A stretch of DNA of 64,000 nucleotides from Octopus bimaculoides (Eukaryota). The translations under genes and the position numbers were made by a program. Under the pieces are notes generated by a model. The model was given only the letters and a program-made list of their open reading frames with translations, searched no databases and was not told where the DNA came from. Numbering within the stretch: position 1 is the first letter of the stretch; each line of letters begins with the position of its first letter. The stretch is from positions 109,325,828-109,389,827 of the forward strand of contig NC_068982.1 in the NCBI RefSeq assembly GCF_001194135.2, given 5' to 3'. Below, one piece after another: positions 61,218 through 64,000 of the stretch.

Positions 61218-62570
61218 TATTAATACCGAAAATTTATCCAGAAAGGATATTAATCTGGATAGTTAATTATACAACATTTCACAATCGGCATGGACTCCCT
61301 ATGTGAAGTCATTTACCTATTGATAAGGAAAATTTGTTGTTTAACCTATAAGTGATGAAATAATGCAATATATTCCATACTAAACTGAGGAGACAGGAGA
61401 GAATACGAAGACATGGCACTAAACCAATATGATGCATAATCGTTTGTTTAACGAACTTTTTATTACAAAGCTTTGCTAATATTATATGCATGCTCATGTG
61501 CAGACTGACAGGCAAACACAAATAATATATTTTTAGGGGTATCTAATGTTCGTTTATTTCAACATATATGTACCACACATCTATACTTATTTCAACATCC
61601 ACTTGCGACAAAAAGAAAAAAATCCTTAAAAGAATATCATTTAGATTAAAAGACATTCGAGAATAAGAAATTAAATATTGACTGAATTTTCCTAAATGCC
61701 AATTTTCTTTATAAATCAATAGAACCGTATTAGAAAGACTATCTGTTTGGAATATATCCTGGGTTCAAACTTATCAATAAATCATGACTCACTAGTTTCA
61801 ATATTGTTGAATTATTAATATTTTTTGTTTTCTTCTTTTTACTCTATGATGCTTTTAGTTCTATTTATACATTTATTCTATATGAACTTTAAATATTTTC
61901 TTTTTTAATTATTTTGTTTTTTTATTGCATTTTGTTTGTACTTTATTTATTACCATATTTTCAAAAGATCAATGTAAGTTTCTGTTCTGTCACTAAATGC
62001 ATCTCCGTGTTCCAGAAGTGTGTGCAGCATTGTTTGGGGATTTCTGTTTTTCATGTGGAGTATCATTATTATCAATACTATCATATCTATCTAAAATAAG
62101 TCTTTGGATTCGTTGACACCCACATTTCTGGCAAATAAATCCAGTTGATTTTACTCTAGTCTTTCGATAGTTGTAGATGAAACTTATAGGAGAAAAACAA
62201 ACGCTTAGTGCGATTGCATATAAAAATATTTCGAGCTGATTGATATATTGAGCAAATATCTAACACAGTCAATGAGCTGACGAAGGACTCCTATTCACTT
62301 CTTAGGTCACAGTATATTGATATTGACTGGATCTACTGTAGTTTGCAAATGCCGAAATGATAATCGTAGGCTGCAAATATTTAACAACTAGCTACACACA
62401 CATTGTTTAGACTTAAGCATTCAATTGAAGGATCACCTAATACGTTGAGTAGAGCACATATTTATTTAATTATAGAAGGAAAAGATTGGCAGTGAGTAGC
62501 CGCCATTAGGTCGTCAGATGACGGCTAGTAAGCTGAAATATCGAAGTCACCGTGGACTCTTCCGTTGTAC

Positions 62571-62574
<4 letters not shown>

Positions 62575-62665
<91 letters not shown>
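62575..62665. repeat. (TG)n microsatellite
   Basis: Directly visible. Confidence 0.97.
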
Positions 62666-62666
<1 letters not shown>

Positions 62667-63087
62667 ATGCATGTATGTTTTATTCACTGTTTTTTCTAGC
62701 TGTAGACTAAAAATTTCGACTAGAAGAAGGTAAACAAACTTCAATATCTAGATGTCTCAACTGCTGCTAGCAGATAATTACCCAATTAAACGGCTATCAT
62801 CACTACAAACCATTTTCAGCCTGTGAGGGCTATCAAGAGCTATAAATAAGCATAAGTTCCATTCGCCATGAATTTCATTTTCTCCCTTGTTAAATCAAAT
62901 TATAATAAAAAATCTTTACTTTAACAAACGTAACTAATAGATTTTTATCCCTCGTTCAGCCACAACGCAGGTTCTCCATCAAGGTAATGCTAACAGTCAA
63001 CACAGCGTTAGGTAGCAGCTGTCTCAACTAAAATGAGATGTACATGAACATTATATCAAAACTGTATTGGATTTTCAATGTTCATTA

Positions 63088-63290
<203 letters not shown>

Positions 63291-63956
63291 TGGCAAGAAG
63301 AAACAGGGTGGGATTTGTCCTTTGTTTTGTGTATTTCACTTATTTTATTTAGGATACAGATGTTGTCTGCCTCTATACAGAAAACGCAATATGCAAAACT
63401 TTGTAAGTAATGTTCAAAATTTCCTTCACAATATTCATTTAGGTTAAACATAAATGGACGGAAAACTTGTGCTAACAAAAGAATTCATAAGAGTTGAAGT
63501 TATAACCACAATGATAAAAATATATGCATCTATAAGTCAATTTATCTACACACATGTAAGGTTTTGGCAAATACAGGTTCCGATTGGAGGACATGTTGGT
63601 GTATGCTTGTGTCAATTGTTGCGTGTACGGACCAGAGGATACACAAGGCTTACTCACACACGCACAAACACCAGACATATGCATATACACATACAACAGA
63701 TTTAAACATAGACACACCCATTCATGTAGACACACTGGCACACATTCATACATACAGGTACAAACACAGAGATATACATATTCACACCCCCCAGACATAT
63801 CCATACACGTATACACACTCATACATGATTCACAAACACGTACGCACATACACAACCCAGGAAGTACATACACACACACACAGAAAAGACACTAATGCGC
63901 ACGTATACACACACACAGCTGATACCAGCACCCGTGAGCCAAACAGTATTGTATAT

Positions 63957-64000
<44 letters not shown>

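Overview
AT-rich, gene-poor eukaryotic DNA from a gapped short-read assembly, with many N runs and dense (CA)n/(TA)n/(TAC)n/(TAA)n/(GATA)n microsatellites. The repeat landscape resembles an octopus/coleoid cephalopod genome (inference from recall, not a database hit). I find no convincing intact host protein-coding gene; almost all ORF-track entries are microsatellite or N-gap artefacts. What can be supported is a layered transposon graveyard: (i) four or more Tc1/mariner lineages, including a full-length DD34D mariner with TIRs and TA duplications and a 228-bp internally deleted mariner; (ii) several R4/Dong-like and other RLE-type LINE remnants, an RTE-like LINE and a CR1/L2-type 3' end; (iii) three or more tRNA-derived SINE families, one repeatedly forming head-to-tail dimers/trimers; (iv) Penelope-like element (PLE) remnants. 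The most notable signal is at RNA level: six type I hammerhead-ribozyme-like motifs. Two copies of one ~200-bp repeat (1589-1674 minus, 40714-40800 plus) retain the complete catalytic core, helix I, a palindromic helix III (ACGAUCGU) and an unusually long helix II. A PLE GIY-YIG endonuclease relic also carries an in-frame ~130-codon Ser/Asn repeat between its two signature motifs.
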